64,000 nucleotides of DNA from assembly GCA_964512305.1 (NCBI GenBank), contig CAZEIW010000026.1, positions 6,582 to 70,581 of the forward strand, in the 5' to 3' direction. Shown here piece after piece: positions 17,985-28,279 of this stretch. A program made the position numbers and the translations under genes. Below the pieces are notes generated by a model. That model saw only the letters and a program-made list of their open reading frames with translations. It did not search any database and was not told the origin of the DNA. This DNA comes from an uncultured Burkholderiaceae bacterium. GTDB taxonomy: Bacteria; Pseudomonadota; Gammaproteobacteria; Burkholderiales; Burkholderiaceae_F. Every line of letters begins with the position of its first letter. The stretch's first letter is position 1.

Positions 17985-18896
17985 ATGACCAAGCAAGTCG
18001 TAGCGGTGATCGGTGGGACGGGTCTGCAGGGTGGTGGCGTCGTGGACGCGCTCCTGGGCGCGGGCAAGTTTGCGGTGCGTGTTGCCAGCCGCAATCCCAC
18101 CAGTGACGCTTCGCGGGCGTTGGTGACGCGCGGCGTCGAGGTGGTCAAGGCCGATCTGCTCGACCCGGGCAGCCTCCGTTCCGCTCTCGAGGGGGCGCAC
18201 GGAGCGTTCGTCGTGACCAACTTCTGGGATCCCGCGCAGATGCCGCGCGAGACCGAGATCGGGACGGAGGCCGTGCGAGCCGCGCGCGCCGCCGGGGTCA
18301 AGCACCTCGTCTGGTCGACGCTGCCGGACTCGGAAAAGCTGACCGGGGGGCGCCTCAAGGTCGTGCATTTCTCCGGAAAGGCCCGCGTCGACGCGGCGGT
18401 CAAGGCGGCCGGATTCGCGCGCCACACGTTCGTGATGGCGCCCATGTACTTCCAGAACTTCCTCGGCATGATGGCGCCGCAGCCCCTGCCAAACGGCGGC
18501 CGCGGCTGGGCGGTGCCGATCGATCCGGCGGCGCGCGTGATGCACGCCGGCGACGCCACAGAGGTCGGTCGCGCCGTCGCGGCCGCCTTCGCGGCCGGCG
18601 ACCAGCTACCCGACGGCAGCTGCCTGGGCGTGTGCGGCGGCGTCTACTCTTTCAACGACTTCGTCGGCACGCTGAACGCCCAGGGGCACAAGCTGCAGGT
18701 GCTGCAAGTGCCCGCGGCCGTGTACGACGGCTTCTACCCCGGTGCCCACGAGATCCGCGAGATGTTCCAGTACTTCGCGGAGCACACATACTTCGGCCCG
18801 GAGCACGAAAAGCACATCGCCGCGGCGAACGCCCTCGTCCCCCGCGGATTCACGAACTTCGCCGACTGGGCTCGTGTGCACATGAAGGCGGTCTGA
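17985..18896 (+). CDS. NmrA-family NAD(P)-binding protein
   Basis: ATG 17985 follows aaggaga. MTKQVVAVIGGTGLQGGGVV is a Rossmann GxxGxxG motif. NmrA-like VTNFWD and HLVWSTL. Confidence 0.85.
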   Translation: MTKQVVAVIGGTGLQGGGVVDALLGAGKFAVRVASRNPTSDASRALVTRGVEVVKADLLDPGSLRSALEGAHGAFVVTNFWDPAQMPRETEIGTEAVRAARAAGVKHLVWSTLPDSEKLTGGRLKVVHFSGKARVDAAVKAAGFARHTFVMAPMYFQNFLGMMAPQPLPNGGRGWAVPIDPAARVMHAGDATEVGRAVAAAFAAGDQLPDGSCLGVCGGVYSFNDFVGTLNAQGHKLQVLQVPAAVYDGFYPGAHEIREMFQYFAEHTYFGPEHEKHIAAANALVPRGFTNFADWARVHMKAV

Positions 18897-18931
18897 TGTG
18901 CGGCGTCCCAGGCATGAGCTGATTGCGAAAG

Positions 18932-19834
18932 CTATGGTATTTGCTTCAGAGCCTCCTCCGTAGACGGAAGAAGTCGGGCAATCTTGTCGTCACCATTGAG
19001 CTTTCCGGCGATATAGAGCCGCGAAAGGAAGGCGTTGAGATTGTGGACGCGCGCCAAGCCCGCTTGCGAGGCGTAGGCATCGCGCCATGTGGGAAGCGGC
19101 GCGGGCGAACTGATGCGCGAAATCCACGCCGCCCATTCCTCTTGGCTCACGAGGCCGCGCTCGGCAATCGCGAGCACAGCGCGCGCGATACGCTCCGGTT
19201 CTCCATAAATGTAAAAATGCTCTGCCGGTGCAATCTGCGTCTCCAAAGCGCTGAGAATCTGGTGCATCTCGCCGGCTCCAAAGGCAGGGTTGAGCCCGAG
19301 TTGAAGCAAATAATCTGCGCCATGGGCCACGCCATGGCGCCAGCCGGCGTGCTCATCGAAGCCGCGATAGTCTTTAACGGCGGCGAAATAGGCGATGGCG
19401 GCGGCGAGCAAGTGCGTGCGCTCTTCTGGCGAAAGAAACGACTTGATTCGATCGGCGCGTGCGATTTCCGAGAGAGCCAGCGCGGCAAACGGCCGGCGCA
19501 CGCCGGTCGGGTCCGCGGCCGTCAGACGCGGCAATAGCTCTTCTTCGATCGCGCGCATGGTTTCATCGCTCAGCTGTCGCGCACGCAAGAAATGTGACAA
19601 GCCTTCAAAGGCTATGTCATCCCGCAGTTTCGGATCGGGGTCTTCGAGACAGGCAAGGAGGGTGCGAGCAAAGTCATTGCGCTTGGCCTCGTCGGGAATT
19701 TCAAAACTGGCGTTCGGCAAGGCCTCCAAACTTTGACGCGAATAACTCTCTGGCGGGCAGGGCGATGCATCGACCCCGCAAATTCCGCTCATGCAGAGAA
19801 CCAAGGCAAAATATCTCAGGCGACGCATGTACAT
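18932..19834 (-). CDS. DUF2785-family (HEAT-like repeat) exported protein
   Basis: Signal-like N-terminus MRRLRYFALVLCMSGICGVDA. LLACLEDPDPKLRDDIAFEGLSHFL matches the DUF2785 hallmark. The gene has markedly lower GC than its flanks. Confidence 0.75.
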   Translation of the reverse strand: MYMRRLRYFALVLCMSGICGVDASPCPPESYSRQSLEALPNASFEIPDEAKRNDFARTLLACLEDPDPKLRDDIAFEGLSHFLRARQLSDETMRAIEEELLPRLTAADPTGVRRPFAALALSEIARADRIKSFLSPEERTHLLAAAIAYFAAVKDYRGFDEHAGWRHGVAHGADYLLQLGLNPAFGAGEMHQILSALETQIAPAEHFYIYGEPERIARAVLAIAERGLVSQEEWAAWISRISSPAPLPTWRDAYASQAGLARVHNLNAFLSRLYIAGKLNGDDKIARLLPSTEEALKQIP

Positions 19835-19957
19835 CGCGATGTGCGACTCCAGATTGCTAATGATCGTGGCCCGCCGGCGGAACGCGCGGGCGGGGGCAGT
19901 GCTCTCAGGCCGGGCGCGGCGCGCGGCCGGTGAGTGGCCCGGCCGTCTACGCCCTTC

Positions 19958-20503
19958 TTACTTCTTCTCGGCCGCCCACTTCCTGACCGCGGCCAGCGTG
20001 TTCTCGACGTGCTTCTCCGGATCGAGGTTGGTGTACTCGTAGAGGATCTTGCCGTCGGGCGCGATCACGTACGACGTGCGGTTCGCGTACTGCGGCTTGA
20101 CCGCCAGCACCGAGTCGTACGACTTCATGATCGCCTGGTCGGTGTCCGCCGCCACCGGAAACCTGCTCCGGCATTCGCTGACGGAGAACCGGTCCAGCGT
20201 CTCGATGTCGTCGTGGGAAACGCCGATCACCGTCGCGCCCAGCTCCTTGTAGCGGTCGACCGCGTCGGCGAACTCGTGCGCCTCGATCGTGCAACCCTTG
20301 GTGAAGGCCGCCGGATAGAAGTACAGCACGACGGGACCGTTCTTGAGTGCGTCGTGCAGCGAGTAGGTGAAGACCTTTCCGCCCAACGACGCCTGCGCCG
20401 TGAAGTCGGGTGCCATGGTGCCGACCGGCAGCGCGGCGAACGACGGCGAAGCAAGGAGCGCCGACGCAAGGACCCAGCCGGCGCGGTTCAGGTTCTTCGT
20501 CAT
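19958..20503 (-). CDS. Peroxiredoxin (AhpC/TSA-Bcp type), exported
   Basis: Start at ATG 20503, 6 nt after AAGGAGG. Signal peptide MTKNLNRAGWVLASALLASPSFA. Active site YFYPAAFTKGCTIEAHEF. Confidence 0.9.
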   Translation of the reverse strand: MTKNLNRAGWVLASALLASPSFAALPVGTMAPDFTAQASLGGKVFTYSLHDALKNGPVVLYFYPAAFTKGCTIEAHEFADAVDRYKELGATVIGVSHDDIETLDRFSVSECRSRFPVAADTDQAIMKSYDSVLAVKPQYANRTSYVIAPDGKILYEYTNLDPEKHVENTLAAVRKWAAEKK

Positions 20504-20742
20504 GTCCATCCTCCTTGCAGCTCGTGGGTTCCGAGCGGTTGCGACGCGGCCTCTGCGGCCCATTTTCGGTCGGGCACGCGCGCTTGCCAATCGGGATCGC
20601 GCGCAGGCGTCATCGCGCCCTTTGTGTCCGCGCGCGCAGCTTTAACGCCTGCCTAACCGTCGATTCACGCCGGCATAACCGATAGCGCCTAGCTTGGCGC
20701 CTTCGGAATCCGCGTGTCCACGACAACGGAAGGGAGAACGAA

Positions 20743-21363
20743 GTGAATCGAATCGAAAACACAGACGCGGCCGCCGGACGGGCCGCAACGGGGACGCGCG
20801 GTTTCGTGCGCTCGCTGCTCAAGCTTGCCGCGCCATGCGGCCTCATCGGCATAATGGCCGCCTGCTCCAGCGTTGCACTCCCGAACAAGCCGGCGCCGAT
20901 CGTCGAGGCGCCCGCGCCGGCAGCGCCGGTCAAGCCCGCGGCCGCTGCGGCAACCTCCTCGCGGGGCGTCACCACGGTCGATATGTCGCGCGGACAGGCG
21001 CTGGCGGCGGCACAGAACCTCAGTCGCGAGCCGGCCGACCGCAGCGTGTTCTTCGACTTCGACAAGTCGATGATCAAGACCGCGTACGACTCGGTGGTCG
21101 AAGACAACGCCCGCTTCCTCGCCAGCCATCCGTCGTTGCGGGTCGTGGTGCAGGGGAATACCGATGAGCGCGGCAGCGCCGAGTACAACCTGGCGCTGGG
21201 CCAGGCGCGCGCGGACAGCGTAGCCAAGGAGATGGAACTGGTGGGCGTGCGCGCGATCCAGGTGTCGACCGTCAGCTTCGGTGCCGAGAAGCCGAAAGCG
21301 ACTGGCCACGACGAGTCGGCCTGGTCCGAAAACCGCCGGGCCGACATCGTCTACGGCGGGTGA
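20743..21363 (+). CDS. OmpA-family peptidoglycan-associated lipoprotein (Pal-like)
   Basis: GTG start. Lipobox GIMAAC. The OmpA C-terminal domain contains VFFDFDKSMIK, GNTDERGSAEYNLALGQARADSV and NRRADIV. Confidence 0.85.
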   Translation: MNRIENTDAAAGRAATGTRGFVRSLLKLAAPCGLIGIMAACSSVALPNKPAPIVEAPAPAAPVKPAAAAATSSRGVTTVDMSRGQALAAAQNLSREPADRSVFFDFDKSMIKTAYDSVVEDNARFLASHPSLRVVVQGNTDERGSAEYNLALGQARADSVAKEMELVGVRAIQVSTVSFGAEKPKATGHDESAWSENRRADIVYGG

Positions 21364-22025
21364 TCGCGAAACAACGGGCGCCTGCGGTGCGGAAGCTTCG
21401 ACTCGCGATCCTGCTGTTCGGCACCGCCGTGCTTGCGTTCGCAGGAACGGCCGGTGCCGCGACGCGGAGGTTCTCGGCCGGCCCCGCGGCCGGCGAAGCC
21501 ATGCTCGCTCCGCCAGGCCATGCCGATCGGGCGCGTCGCAACGCCATGGCACTGCTGCGCGACGCAGCCGCCGGCCTCGATCAGGCGGCGCTGCAGCGTG
21601 ATTTCGCAAGCAACGCCAGCGTGCTGCGGTTGTTGCAGCGCGCGCACGACGATCTCGCCGCCGCAGGGAGGACCTTGTGCTGCGCCGAGCGCACGCAGGC
21701 GATCGGGCTCGCGGCCGGCATCGACTATGCGATCGCGCGCGGCTCGGCGCAACTCGGAACGCTGGTCTCGAACGGACCCGACCGCTTCGGCCCGCTGCCC
21801 CCCAGCCGGAACGAGCTTGCCGTGCTGGCCAAGGAGGGGCAGCAACTGGTGCACGATTCCCTTCCGGCGTTGCGCGCGCCCGACACCGACGACATCGCCT
21901 GGCTTCGAGGCGAGACTGGACCGGTGTCCGGGCGGGGCGTGGATCCGTGGGCGCCAGCGGGCGAGCCACCGGCGAGCCTGCCCGGCGACTCGCGCGCGTG
22001 GCCGCAGCTCGCGCGCCGGTTCTGA
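21360..22025 (+). CDS. Hypothetical exported protein
   Basis: GTG 21360 overlaps the Pal-like stop (GTGA). Signal peptide KLRLAILLFGTAVLAFAGTAGAA. No recognisable domain. Confidence 0.5.
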   Translation: MIAKQRAPAVRKLRLAILLFGTAVLAFAGTAGAATRRFSAGPAAGEAMLAPPGHADRARRNAMALLRDAAAGLDQAALQRDFASNASVLRLLQRAHDDLAAAGRTLCCAERTQAIGLAAGIDYAIARGSAQLGTLVSNGPDRFGPLPPSRNELAVLAKEGQQLVHDSLPALRAPDTDDIAWLRGETGPVSGRGVDPWAPAGEPPASLPGDSRAWPQLARRF

Positions 22026-22064
22026 TCTCCACGGCGGGGCGTCGAGGCGCCCCGCTCGTTTGGC

Positions 22065-22751
22065 TTACCTTGGCGCTGCGCGCTCGAACTCGACCACGCC
22101 CTGGTCCGTGCCGAGCAGCAGCACGTCCGCGCCGCGCGCCGCGAAGAGCCCCACCGTCACCACGCCCACGATCCGCCCGATGGTTCGCTCGAGCTCGACC
22201 GGCGCCGTGATCTTCAGTCCGTGGACGTCCAGGATCTGGTTGCCGTTGTCGGTGACGAAGCCTTCCCGCAGGCGCGGCGCGCCGCCCAGGCGCGCGAGCT
22301 CGCGCGCCACATAGGCGCGCGCCATCGGGATCACCTCGACCGGGAGCGGGAAGCGGCCGAGCACCTCCACCCGCTTGCTGCCGTCGGCGATGCAGATGAA
22401 GGTTCGCGCCACCGCGGCGACGATCTTCTCGCGCGTGAGGGCGCCGCCGCCGCCCTTGATCATCGCGAGCGAAGCGTCGATCTCGTCGGCGCCGTCGACA
22501 TAGATCGGCATGGTCTCGACCTCGTTCAGGTCGATCACCTTGAGACCGCGCGAACGCAGCCGCGCCGCGCTGCGCTCGGAGCTCGCGACCGTCGCCGCGA
22601 CCTGGCCGGCATGCCCGGCCAGCTCGTCGATGAAGAGGTCCGCGGTCGAACCGGTGCCGACGCCGATGACGGACGGCGTACCGAAGAACGGCGCCACCCG
22701 CTGCACCGCCGCAAGCGCCACCGCGCGTTTCAACTCGTCCTGCGACGCCAT
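22065..22751 (-). CDS. rpiA: Ribose-5-phosphate isomerase A
   Basis: [34 protein letters not shown], and DNGNQILD near the C-terminus. Confidence 0.93.
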   Translation of the reverse strand: MASQDELKRAVALAAVQRVAPFFGTPSVIGVGTGSTADLFIDELAGHAGQVAATVASSERSAARLRSRGLKVIDLNEVETMPIYVDGADEIDASLAMIKGGGGALTREKIVAAVARTFICIADGSKRVEVLGRFPLPVEVIPMARAYVARELARLGGAPRLREGFVTDNGNQILDVHGLKITAPVELERTIGRIVGVVTVGLFAARGADVLLLGTDQGVVEFERAAPR

Positions 22752-22803
22752 TGTCCGCCCCCTCCCCCTAGGAACCTGCGCTTCAAACCGGCATCATAAG
22801 GTC

Positions 22804-23397
22804 ATGTGGTTATTGCGCCTGAGGCACTGGGCCGCCTCGCTGTTCATCGGCGCGGCCGCGCTCGTCTACCTGGTCGAAGAGTGGCTGTGGGACGCGCTCA
22901 AGCGGGCTATGGGGCTGCTCGGGCGGGCGCCGGGGCTCAAGCAGCTGGAACGCTGGGTGGCCGGCCTGCCGCCGGCCGGCGCTGCGTTCTTCTTCGTGCT
23001 GCCGGCTTCGCTCGCGCTGCCGGTCAAGCTGATCGCGCTGAAGTGGATCGCCACCGGGCGCATCGTCGCGGGCACCGCGGTGATCATCGCCGCCAAGATT
23101 CTGGCGACCGCGCTCTTCGCGCGGATCTACGTGCTGACGCAGCCGGCGCTGATGCGGGTGCGCTGGTTCGTCGCGCTGCACGCCGGGGTGCTGCGCTGGC
23201 GCGTCTGGGCATACGCCCAGATCGAGTCCCACCCCGCCTGGCGCGCGATCCGGCGCCGGATCCTGCAATGGCGAGCCTCGGTCGAGGCCGCGAAGGGGCG
23301 GCGCGGGCGCTGGTCCCGGCGCTGGCGCGCGGTGCAGCGGCTGGATCGCATCCGGCGGGCCCGCGCCGCGGGCGCATGGAGCGCGGGCACCCGGTAG
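22804..23397 (+). CDS. Hypothetical membrane protein (about 4 TM) with an Arg-rich C-terminal tail
   Basis: ATG 22804 (MWLLRLRHWAASLFIGAAALVYLVEEWLW...). Hydrophobic segments; no recognised motif. The upstream part of the tracked ORF is antisense to rpiA. Confidence 0.55.
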   Translation: MWLLRLRHWAASLFIGAAALVYLVEEWLWDALKRAMGLLGRAPGLKQLERWVAGLPPAGAAFFFVLPASLALPVKLIALKWIATGRIVAGTAVIIAAKILATALFARIYVLTQPALMRVRWFVALHAGVLRWRVWAYAQIESHPAWRAIRRRILQWRASVEAAKGRRGRWSRRWRAVQRLDRIRRARAAGAWSAGTR

Positions 23398-23465
23398 AAA
23401 CCCTGCGCACGGATCAGGCAGGGCGGGGGCAGGGTCGGCCTCGAAGCATTAAGATAATCGCCGCG

Positions 23466-24515
23466 ATGGCTACACCGCCGACCCGCTACACAGCAGAGCT
23501 CACTGACCCCGTCTGCGGCATGCCCGTGACCGCGGCGTCGCCCCATTGCTACGTGCATGGCGGCGCGCTGTACTGCTTTTGCAGCACCGAATGCTGCGCC
23601 CGGTTCGCCGCGGATCCACCCAAGTACGTCCGGTTCGGCCGGTCGGCGGGAGCGCCGCCGGCGCGGACGAACGAGGACGCGCCGACGCTGCCGATGGGCA
23701 TGAGTCTGCCCGAGACACCCACGCCGCCGCAGGCGGGGGCATTGCCCGAAGTAACGGTCCTGGTAACGCTGTTGCCTGAGGTAACGGCGTCGCCCGAAGT
23801 GAGGGTCCCGCCGCAGGCCGCGAGCGGGGCAGACGCGGCCACCCGGCGAGACGCACCGACCCTCGCAGACGTGCCGACCCTGCCCGACCTCCCGACGTAC
23901 ACCCCCACGCTCCCAGACGTGCCAACCCCGCCGGAGGTTGGCGCTCGGGGGCGGCAGACCTCCGCGCAGGCCTGGCAGGGGGCAGCCAGGCCACGACCGT
24001 CGACGAACGGCATGCACCACGCCCAGGCGCCGGCGGGCGGCGGCGGCCCTGCCGCCAACGCGATCAGAACCGCGCCGGGAAGCCCGGCCGCTTCACGCGC
24101 CGATGCGTCGGGAACGCTGGGTCTGCAACCCGAAACGATGACGCCGGCGTCGGCGCTGAGGTCGCTGATGTCGCCGCTGTTCTCCTGGCTCGAGGCGCGC
24201 TATGCGGCGAAGACGAGCCGCGAGATGGTCAGACTGTACCGGCAGGTGTCCGGGCGCAACCCGGGACTCTCCGGCCGCCCGCTGTACCGGGAGGTCGTGA
24301 TTGCCCGTACCGGCTGGGACATCGCCACGGCCGACGCCCTGCTGGATCATGCGCAGGACAGCTTCGCCAGCTGGCCGGCGGAAACCGAGCTGGCGTTCCG
24401 CGACGTCGTGCACTACCTTGCAGTGTCGGATTTCCTCGCTTCGCACGTCGGGTCGCACTGGGTTCGCGCGAACATGGGCCGCGTCGTCTCCTCGTACGTG
24501 CCGCACGATCTCTAG
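23466..24515 (+). CDS. YHS/TRASH-domain protein with a Pro/Thr-rich linker and an uncharacterised C-terminal domain
   Basis: ATG 23466. DPVCGMPVTAASPHCYVHGGALYCFCSTECCARFAADPPKY is a YHS-type Cys motif. It is followed by PTLPD/PEV repeats and a roughly 120-aa C-terminal domain with no motif I recognise. Confidence 0.7.
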   Translation: MATPPTRYTAELTDPVCGMPVTAASPHCYVHGGALYCFCSTECCARFAADPPKYVRFGRSAGAPPARTNEDAPTLPMGMSLPETPTPPQAGALPEVTVLVTLLPEVTASPEVRVPPQAASGADAATRRDAPTLADVPTLPDLPTYTPTLPDVPTPPEVGARGRQTSAQAWQGAARPRPSTNGMHHAQAPAGGGGPAANAIRTAPGSPAASRADASGTLGLQPETMTPASALRSLMSPLFSWLEARYAAKTSREMVRLYRQVSGRNPGLSGRPLYREVVIARTGWDIATADALLDHAQDSFASWPAETELAFRDVVHYLAVSDFLASHVGSHWVRANMGRVVSSYVPHDL

Positions 24516-24709
24516 GCTCCGCGACCGGCCGCTGGCCGAGACCCGCATTCCCCTCCCTGATTCTCATTCGACGCTGCGGGTGTGAATACTCCGCAGCATG
24601 CCCTCCACTTTTCCGCGTTGTCCGGCGCCGCTTCGCGGGCACGATTGCGTGCGCACAACGCGTTCGAGATCGCGGGCAGGCCCGGCCTGGCCGCCATGAC
24701 AGGGGAAGC

Positions 24710-24994
24710 ATGAATCGGTACGTTGTCTCTTTCGGATACACGCCCGAGGGCTACAGCGGGTTCCCGGCAGCGGGAGTCTCCCGCGTCGACGCCATCTCCA
24801 GGGCGGTCGAGAGCCTGGGCGGCAGGCTGGAGTTCCTGAACTTCGTGCTGGGCGATTACAAGGGGAAGATGATCGTCGATCTCCCCGACGCCACGAGCGC
24901 GGCGGCGCTGTCGGCCGCGGCGGCGTCGACCGGTGCGGTCAACGTCGCGTGCGTCAGCACGTCGGAGTTGGCGCGGCAGACCGGCCGCCAGTAG
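24710..24994 (+). CDS. GYD-domain protein
   Basis: 94 aa. MNRYVVSFGYTPEGYSGF...GGRLEFLNFVLGDYKGKMIVDLPD, a GYD-type motif. Confidence 0.8.
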   Translation: MNRYVVSFGYTPEGYSGFPAAGVSRVDAISRAVESLGGRLEFLNFVLGDYKGKMIVDLPDATSAAALSAAAASTGAVNVACVSTSELARQTGRQ

Positions 24995-25001
24995 GACTTC
25001 G

Positions 25002-25025
25002 CTCTCCCGCAAGCGGAAGAGGGGA
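25002..25025. repeat. REP-like palindromic unit (third copy of the core seen at 48426-48526)
   Basis: ctctcccgcaagcggaagagggga differs by one base from the core ctctcccgcaagcgggagagggg. It lies between the convergent GYD and lpd genes. Confidence 0.5.
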
Positions 25026-25050
25026 GCACGAGGGAGAGCGTCAGCCGCCG

Positions 25051-26892
25051 CTACCGCTTCGGCGGCGGCAGATCGGTGCAGACGCCTTCGGCGGCCTCGG
25101 CGGCCATGCCGATCGATTCGCTCAGCGTCGGGTGCGGGTGGATCGTGCGGCCGATATCGACCGCATCGGCGCCCATCTCGATCGCAAGTGCGATCTCGCT
25201 GATCAGGTCGCCCGCATGCGTGCCGACGATGCCGCCGCCGACGATCCGGTGCGTCTGCTCATCGAACAACAGCTTCGTGAAGCCCTCGTCGCGACCGTTG
25301 GCGATCGCGCGGCCTGACGCGGACCACGGGAACAGCGACTTCTTGAACGACCGGCCCTGCCGCTTGGCGTCGTCCTCGGTCTCCCCGGCCCACGCGATTT
25401 CCGGGTCGGTGTACGCCACCGACGGGATCACGCGCGCATCGAAGTGCGATTTCATGCCGGCCGCGGCCTCGGCGGCGACATGCGCCTCGTGCACGGCCTT
25501 GTGCGCGAGCATCGGCGGACCGGCGATGTCGCCGATCGCGAAGATGTGCGGCACGTTGGTCCGCATCTGGCTGTCGGTGCGGATGTACCCGCGCTCGTCG
25601 ACCAGGACGCCGGCGTTGTCGGCTCCGATGCGCCGGCCGTTGGGGCTGCGACCGACCGACACGAGCACGAGGTCGTAAGGCTGCGGCTGCGGCGGGGCCT
25701 GCTCCCCTTCGAACCTCGCCCATAGGGCATCGGGCTTCGCCTCGAGCGCGGACGTTCGGGTCTTGAGCATGACGCGGCCGAAGCGCGATTCGTTGCGCCT
25801 GGCCCAGACCTTGACGAGATCGCGATCGGTGCCCGGCATCAGGCCGTCCATCATCTCGACCACGTCGATCTTGCTGCCGAGCGTGGCGTACACCGTCGCC
25901 ATCTCCAGGCCGATGATGCCGCCCCCGATCACCAGCATTCGCGGCGCCGCCGCGGGCAGCTCGAGCGCGCCGGTCGAGTCGATCACGCGCGGGTCGTCGG
26001 GCAGGAAGGGCAGGCGCGAAGCCTCGCTGCCGGCGGCGATGATCGCCTGTTCGAAGTAGAGACGGCGGCGCTCGCCGGTTCCGCTGCGGCCGCTGCCTGC
26101 GGTCACCTCGACCTCGAGGTGGTGCGGCCCCACGAAGGCGCCGTTGCCGCGCACCACGGTGACCTTGCGCATCTTGGCCATCGCCGCCAGGCCGCCGGTG
26201 AGCTTGCCCACGACCTTGTTCTTGTGCTCGCGCAGGCGCACCAGGTCGAGCACCGGCTTGCCGAACGACACGCCGAGGCCGGCGAAGTGCTCCGCTTCCT
26301 CGATCACGGCGGCCACGTGAAGCAGCGCCTTGGAAGGGATGCAGCCGACGTTCAGGCACACGCCGCCGAGGGTCTGATAGCGCTCGACCAGGATCACGCG
26401 CTTGCCCAGGTCGGCGGCGCGGAACGCCGCCGAATAGCCGCCCGGCCCGGCACCCAGCACGAGGACCTCGCACTGCTCATCGGCGCCGGCAGCCGCGGCG
26501 GAGGCGGCCGGTGCGGCGGGCCGCGCCGCTGTCGGCCCCGCTGTCGGCCCCGCTGTCGGCCCCGCTGTCGGCCCCGCTGTCGGCGCCGCCGCGGCAGCGG
26601 GTGCCGAGGCGGGTGCAGGTGCGGCCGCCGGCGCCGCCGCGGCGGCGGCATCGCCCGCGTCCAGCGTCAGGATCGGCGAACCCTGCGAAACCTTGTCCCC
26701 CAGCTTGACCTTCAGCGCCTTGACGACACCGGCCGCGGGCGACGGAATCTCCATCGACGCCTTGTCGGACTCGACCGTGATCAGCGATTGCTCCTTCGCG
26801 ATCCGGTCGCCGGGCTTGACCAGGAGCTCGATGATCTCGACACCCTTGAAGTCGCCGATGTCGGGCACTTCGACGTCGATCGTGCGGCTCAT
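25051..26892 (-). CDS. lpdA: Dihydrolipoyl dehydrogenase (E3) with an N-terminal lipoyl domain
   Basis: ATG 26892. [15 protein letters not shown]...[15 protein letters not shown] is a lipoyl-Lys motif. An Ala/Pro linker follows, then [14 protein letters not shown] and [13 protein letters not shown] (redox disulfide), then the C-terminal HAHPTLSE. Confidence 0.93.
   Translation of the reverse strand: MSRTIDVEVPDIGDFKGVEIIELLVKPGDRIAKEQSLITVESDKASMEIPSPAAGVVKALKVKLGDKVSQGSPILTLDAGDAAAAAAPAAAPAPASAPAAAAAPTAGPTAGPTAGPTAGPTAARPAAPAASAAAAGADEQCEVLVLGAGPGGYSAAFRAADLGKRVILVERYQTLGGVCLNVGCIPSKALLHVAAVIEEAEHFAGLGVSFGKPVLDLVRLREHKNKVVGKLTGGLAAMAKMRKVTVVRGNGAFVGPHHLEVEVTAGSGRSGTGERRRLYFEQAIIAAGSEASRLPFLPDDPRVIDSTGALELPAAAPRMLVIGGGIIGLEMATVYATLGSKIDVVEMMDGLMPGTDRDLVKVWARRNESRFGRVMLKTRTSALEAKPDALWARFEGEQAPPQPQPYDLVLVSVGRSPNGRRIGADNAGVLVDERGYIRTDSQMRTNVPHIFAIGDIAGPPMLAHKAVHEAHVAAEAAAGMKSHFDARVIPSVAYTDPEIAWAGETEDDAKRQGRSFKKSLFPWSASGRAIANGRDEGFTKLLFDEQTHRIVGGGIVGTHAGDLISEIALAIEMGADAVDIGRTIHPHPTLSESIGMAAEAAEGVCTDLPPPKR
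26527..26586. repeat. 12-bp tandem repeat (about 5 copies) inside the lpd linker
   Basis: cgctgtcggccc occurs 4 times, plus one variant copy. On the minus strand this encodes (PTAG)x4 within the lipoyl-to-E3 linker. Confidence 0.9.
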
Positions 26893-26930
26893 GCTTGTTC
26901 TTCCTCTCGGGTCGACGATCGGACGGTCCG

Positions 26931-28279
26931 TCACAGCAGGACGCGGCGGAAGTCCGCGAGCACCTGCGCCAGGAACGTGTTGAAGCGCGCGGCCGACGCT
27001 CCGTCGACCACGCGGTGGTCCCACGACAGCGAAAGCGGCAGGATCAGCCGCGGCGCGAACTGCTTGCCGTCCCACACCGGCCTGATGGCCGAGCGGCATA
27101 CGCCGAGGATTGCGACTTCGGGTGCGTTGATGATCGGCGTGAAATAGGTGCCGCCGATTCCGCCGAGCGAGGAGATCGAGAACGTCCCGCCCTGCATGTC
27201 GGTGGGCGACAGCTTGCCGTCGCGCGCCTTGGCGGCAAGCGCCGCGGTTTCGCGCGCCACGTCGAACACGCCCTTGCGATCGGCGTCTCGCAGCACCGGC
27301 ACCACGAGGCCGTTGGGCGTGTCGGCCGCGAAACCGATGTGGTAGTAGCGCTTCAGGATCACGGCATCGCCGGTCGCGGCGTCGATCGAGCTGTTGAACT
27401 CGGGAAACCTCTTCAGCGCCGCGACGCAGGCCTTGATCAGGAACGCCAGCATCGTGACCTTGACGGCGGACTTGTCCTTTTCGTTCTCGCGGTTGAGCTG
27501 AACGCGAAACGCCTCGAGGTCCGTGACGTCGGCGTCCTCGTGGTTCGTGACGTGCGGGATCGTCACCCAGTTGCGATGCAGGTTCGGCCCCGACAGCTTG
27601 CGGATGCGCGACATCTCGACGCGCTCGACCGGGCCGAACTTCGCGAAGTCGATCTGCGGCCAGGCCAGCACGCTCAGGCCGCCGCCCGCGACGGGCGGCG
27701 CGGCGGCGCGGCCGGCGCCGGCCTGGAGCACGCCCTTGACGAACGCCCGCACGTCGTCGGCCGTGATCCGCCCCTTGGGACCGCTGCCGCGCAGCTGGGC
27801 AAGATCGACCCCGAGCTCGCGCGCGAACTGACGCACCGAGGGAGACGCGTGCGGCTTGCCGGCTCCGACCGCCGGCAGCTCCTCGACGCTTGGGCGTGGC
27901 CCCATCTCGACCGCGAACGCAGCCGACTCGGGCGACGGCGAAGCACGCGCCGCAGGCGGCGGCGCCTCGGGTGCCGGTGCAGGTGCGGCTGCCGCCGGCG
28001 CCGCGGCGGAGGCGGGAGCCGCGGCGGCCGCGGCGGCAGCCACAGCATCCAGCAGCAGGATCACCGATCCCTCGGACACCTTGTCGCCGAGGCGCACCTT
28101 CAATTCCTTGACGACGCCCGCCGACGACGACGGGATCTCCATCGAGGCCTTGTCCGATTCGACCGTGATGAGCGACTGCTCTTTCGCGATCTGGTCGCCC
28201 GGCTTGACCAGCAGCTCGATGACCTCGACGTCCTTGAAGTCGCCGATGTCCGGAACCTTGATCTCGACCATGCTGCCCA

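Noticed and set aside
18897-19957. Mobile element or genomic island call for the low-GC islet
   Set aside because: No integrase, transposase, inverted or direct terminal repeats, or tRNA are visible. I report it only as a compositional anomaly.
20743-21363. Calling this gene the Tol-Pal system lipoprotein pal
   Set aside because: No tolQRAB or ybgF genes flank it. I call it only an OmpA-family (Pal-like) lipoprotein.
24560-24600. Hairpin gctgcgg-N11-ccgcagc after the YHS gene as a terminator
   Set aside because: It is a 7-bp stem with an 11-nt loop and no following T-tract, so the support is insufficient.
26527-26586. Short perfect tandem repeats that could be mistaken for a CRISPR or VNTR locus
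   Set aside because: The unit is only 12 bp, has no spacers, and lies in frame within the Ala/Pro linker of lpd. It is a coding microsatellite, not a CRISPR array.
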